27,871 nt of DNA from Vulcanimicrobiales bacterium (lineage in GTDB: Bacteria > Vulcanimicrobiota > Vulcanimicrobiia > Vulcanimicrobiales > Vulcanimicrobiaceae). Of the stretch, positions 27,575 to 27,871 are shown piece after piece (position 1 is the first letter of the stretch; the number at the start of each line of letters is the position of its first letter). A program made the position numbers and the translations under genes. The notes below the pieces were generated by a model. That model saw nothing but the letters and a program-made list of their open reading frames with translations. It searched no databases and was not told where the DNA came from. The DNA lies in assembly GCA_038215615.1 (NCBI GenBank), contig JBBQQR010000026.1:1-27871 (forward strand), written 5' to 3'.

Positions 27575-27871
27575 GTGTTTGGCGGTTTCATTACATTCAT
27601 GCAAAAGGGCGGCTGGGACATGTGGCTGCTCTTGCTCATCTCGATCGTTGGCTTAGCCATCGTGATCGAGCGGCTCTGGTTCTTTGCCCAGCAGCACGGT
27701 GATACCAAAGGCCTACTGAAAGCAATCGGGCAGAAGATTTCTCAGGACGACATCGACGGGGCCATCAAGGTCTGCCGCAGCCAGCGCGGCATGCTCCCCA
27801 AGATTTTGGAATTCGGTCTCCTGCGCGGCGAGAAGAACCGCGCCGATATCACGGACGCGCTTTCGATCGCG
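27575..27871 (+). CDS. MotA/TolQ/ExbB proton channel family protein (3' truncated by the window; absent from the ORF track)
   Basis: GGAGGA SD then GTG. Translation MFGGFITFMQKGGWDMWLLLLISIVGLAIVIERLWFF... has the family's GG..M..L...S......ER N-terminus. Frame open to the window end. Confidence 0.88.
   Translation, partial: MFGGFITFMQKGGWDMWLLLLISIVGLAIVIERLWFFAQQHGDTKGLLKAIGQKISQDDIDGAIKVCRSQRGMLPKILEFGLLRGEKNRADITDALSIA

Overview
GC-rich, very densely packed bacterial core-genome window with about 28 CDS. I found no mobile element, CRISPR array, tRNA or rRNA. It combines Terrabacteria-type traits (tilS-hpt-ftsH, a yabE/rpfB-like gene before rsmA, a GAAC-N4-GTTC LexA box) with diderm envelope genes (beta-barrel porin, TonB-C/TPR protein, ExbB/TolQ). 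This points to a diderm Terrabacteria lineage such as Eremiobacterota/Vulcanimicrobiota or Armatimonadota, which is inference only. Gene order: GAF protein (partial), porin, family-5 SBP, MgtC, hypothetical, serS, moeA, hisC-like, metallophosphoesterase, PaaI thioesterase, smpB, tilS, hpt, ftsH, two M16-like proteins, two GT4, CPBP protease, rsmA, G5/3D cell-wall enzyme, GT4, SOS operon (RNase H-fold protein + mpg), rho, rluB-like, aroF, TonB-TPR, exbB (partial). Best candidates for undescribed biology: (1) a leaderless SOS operon with a perfect LexA box in its promoter spacer, encoding an apparently catalytically degenerate RNase HI-fold protein with a VAA C-terminus, coupled to 3-methyladenine glycosylase and sitting just upstream of rho; (2) a ~160-nt leader of the G5/3D-rsmA operon that can fold into two mutually exclusive structures, one hiding the Shine-Dalgarno; (3) two secreted M16 pseudo-peptidases translationally coupled to ftsH.
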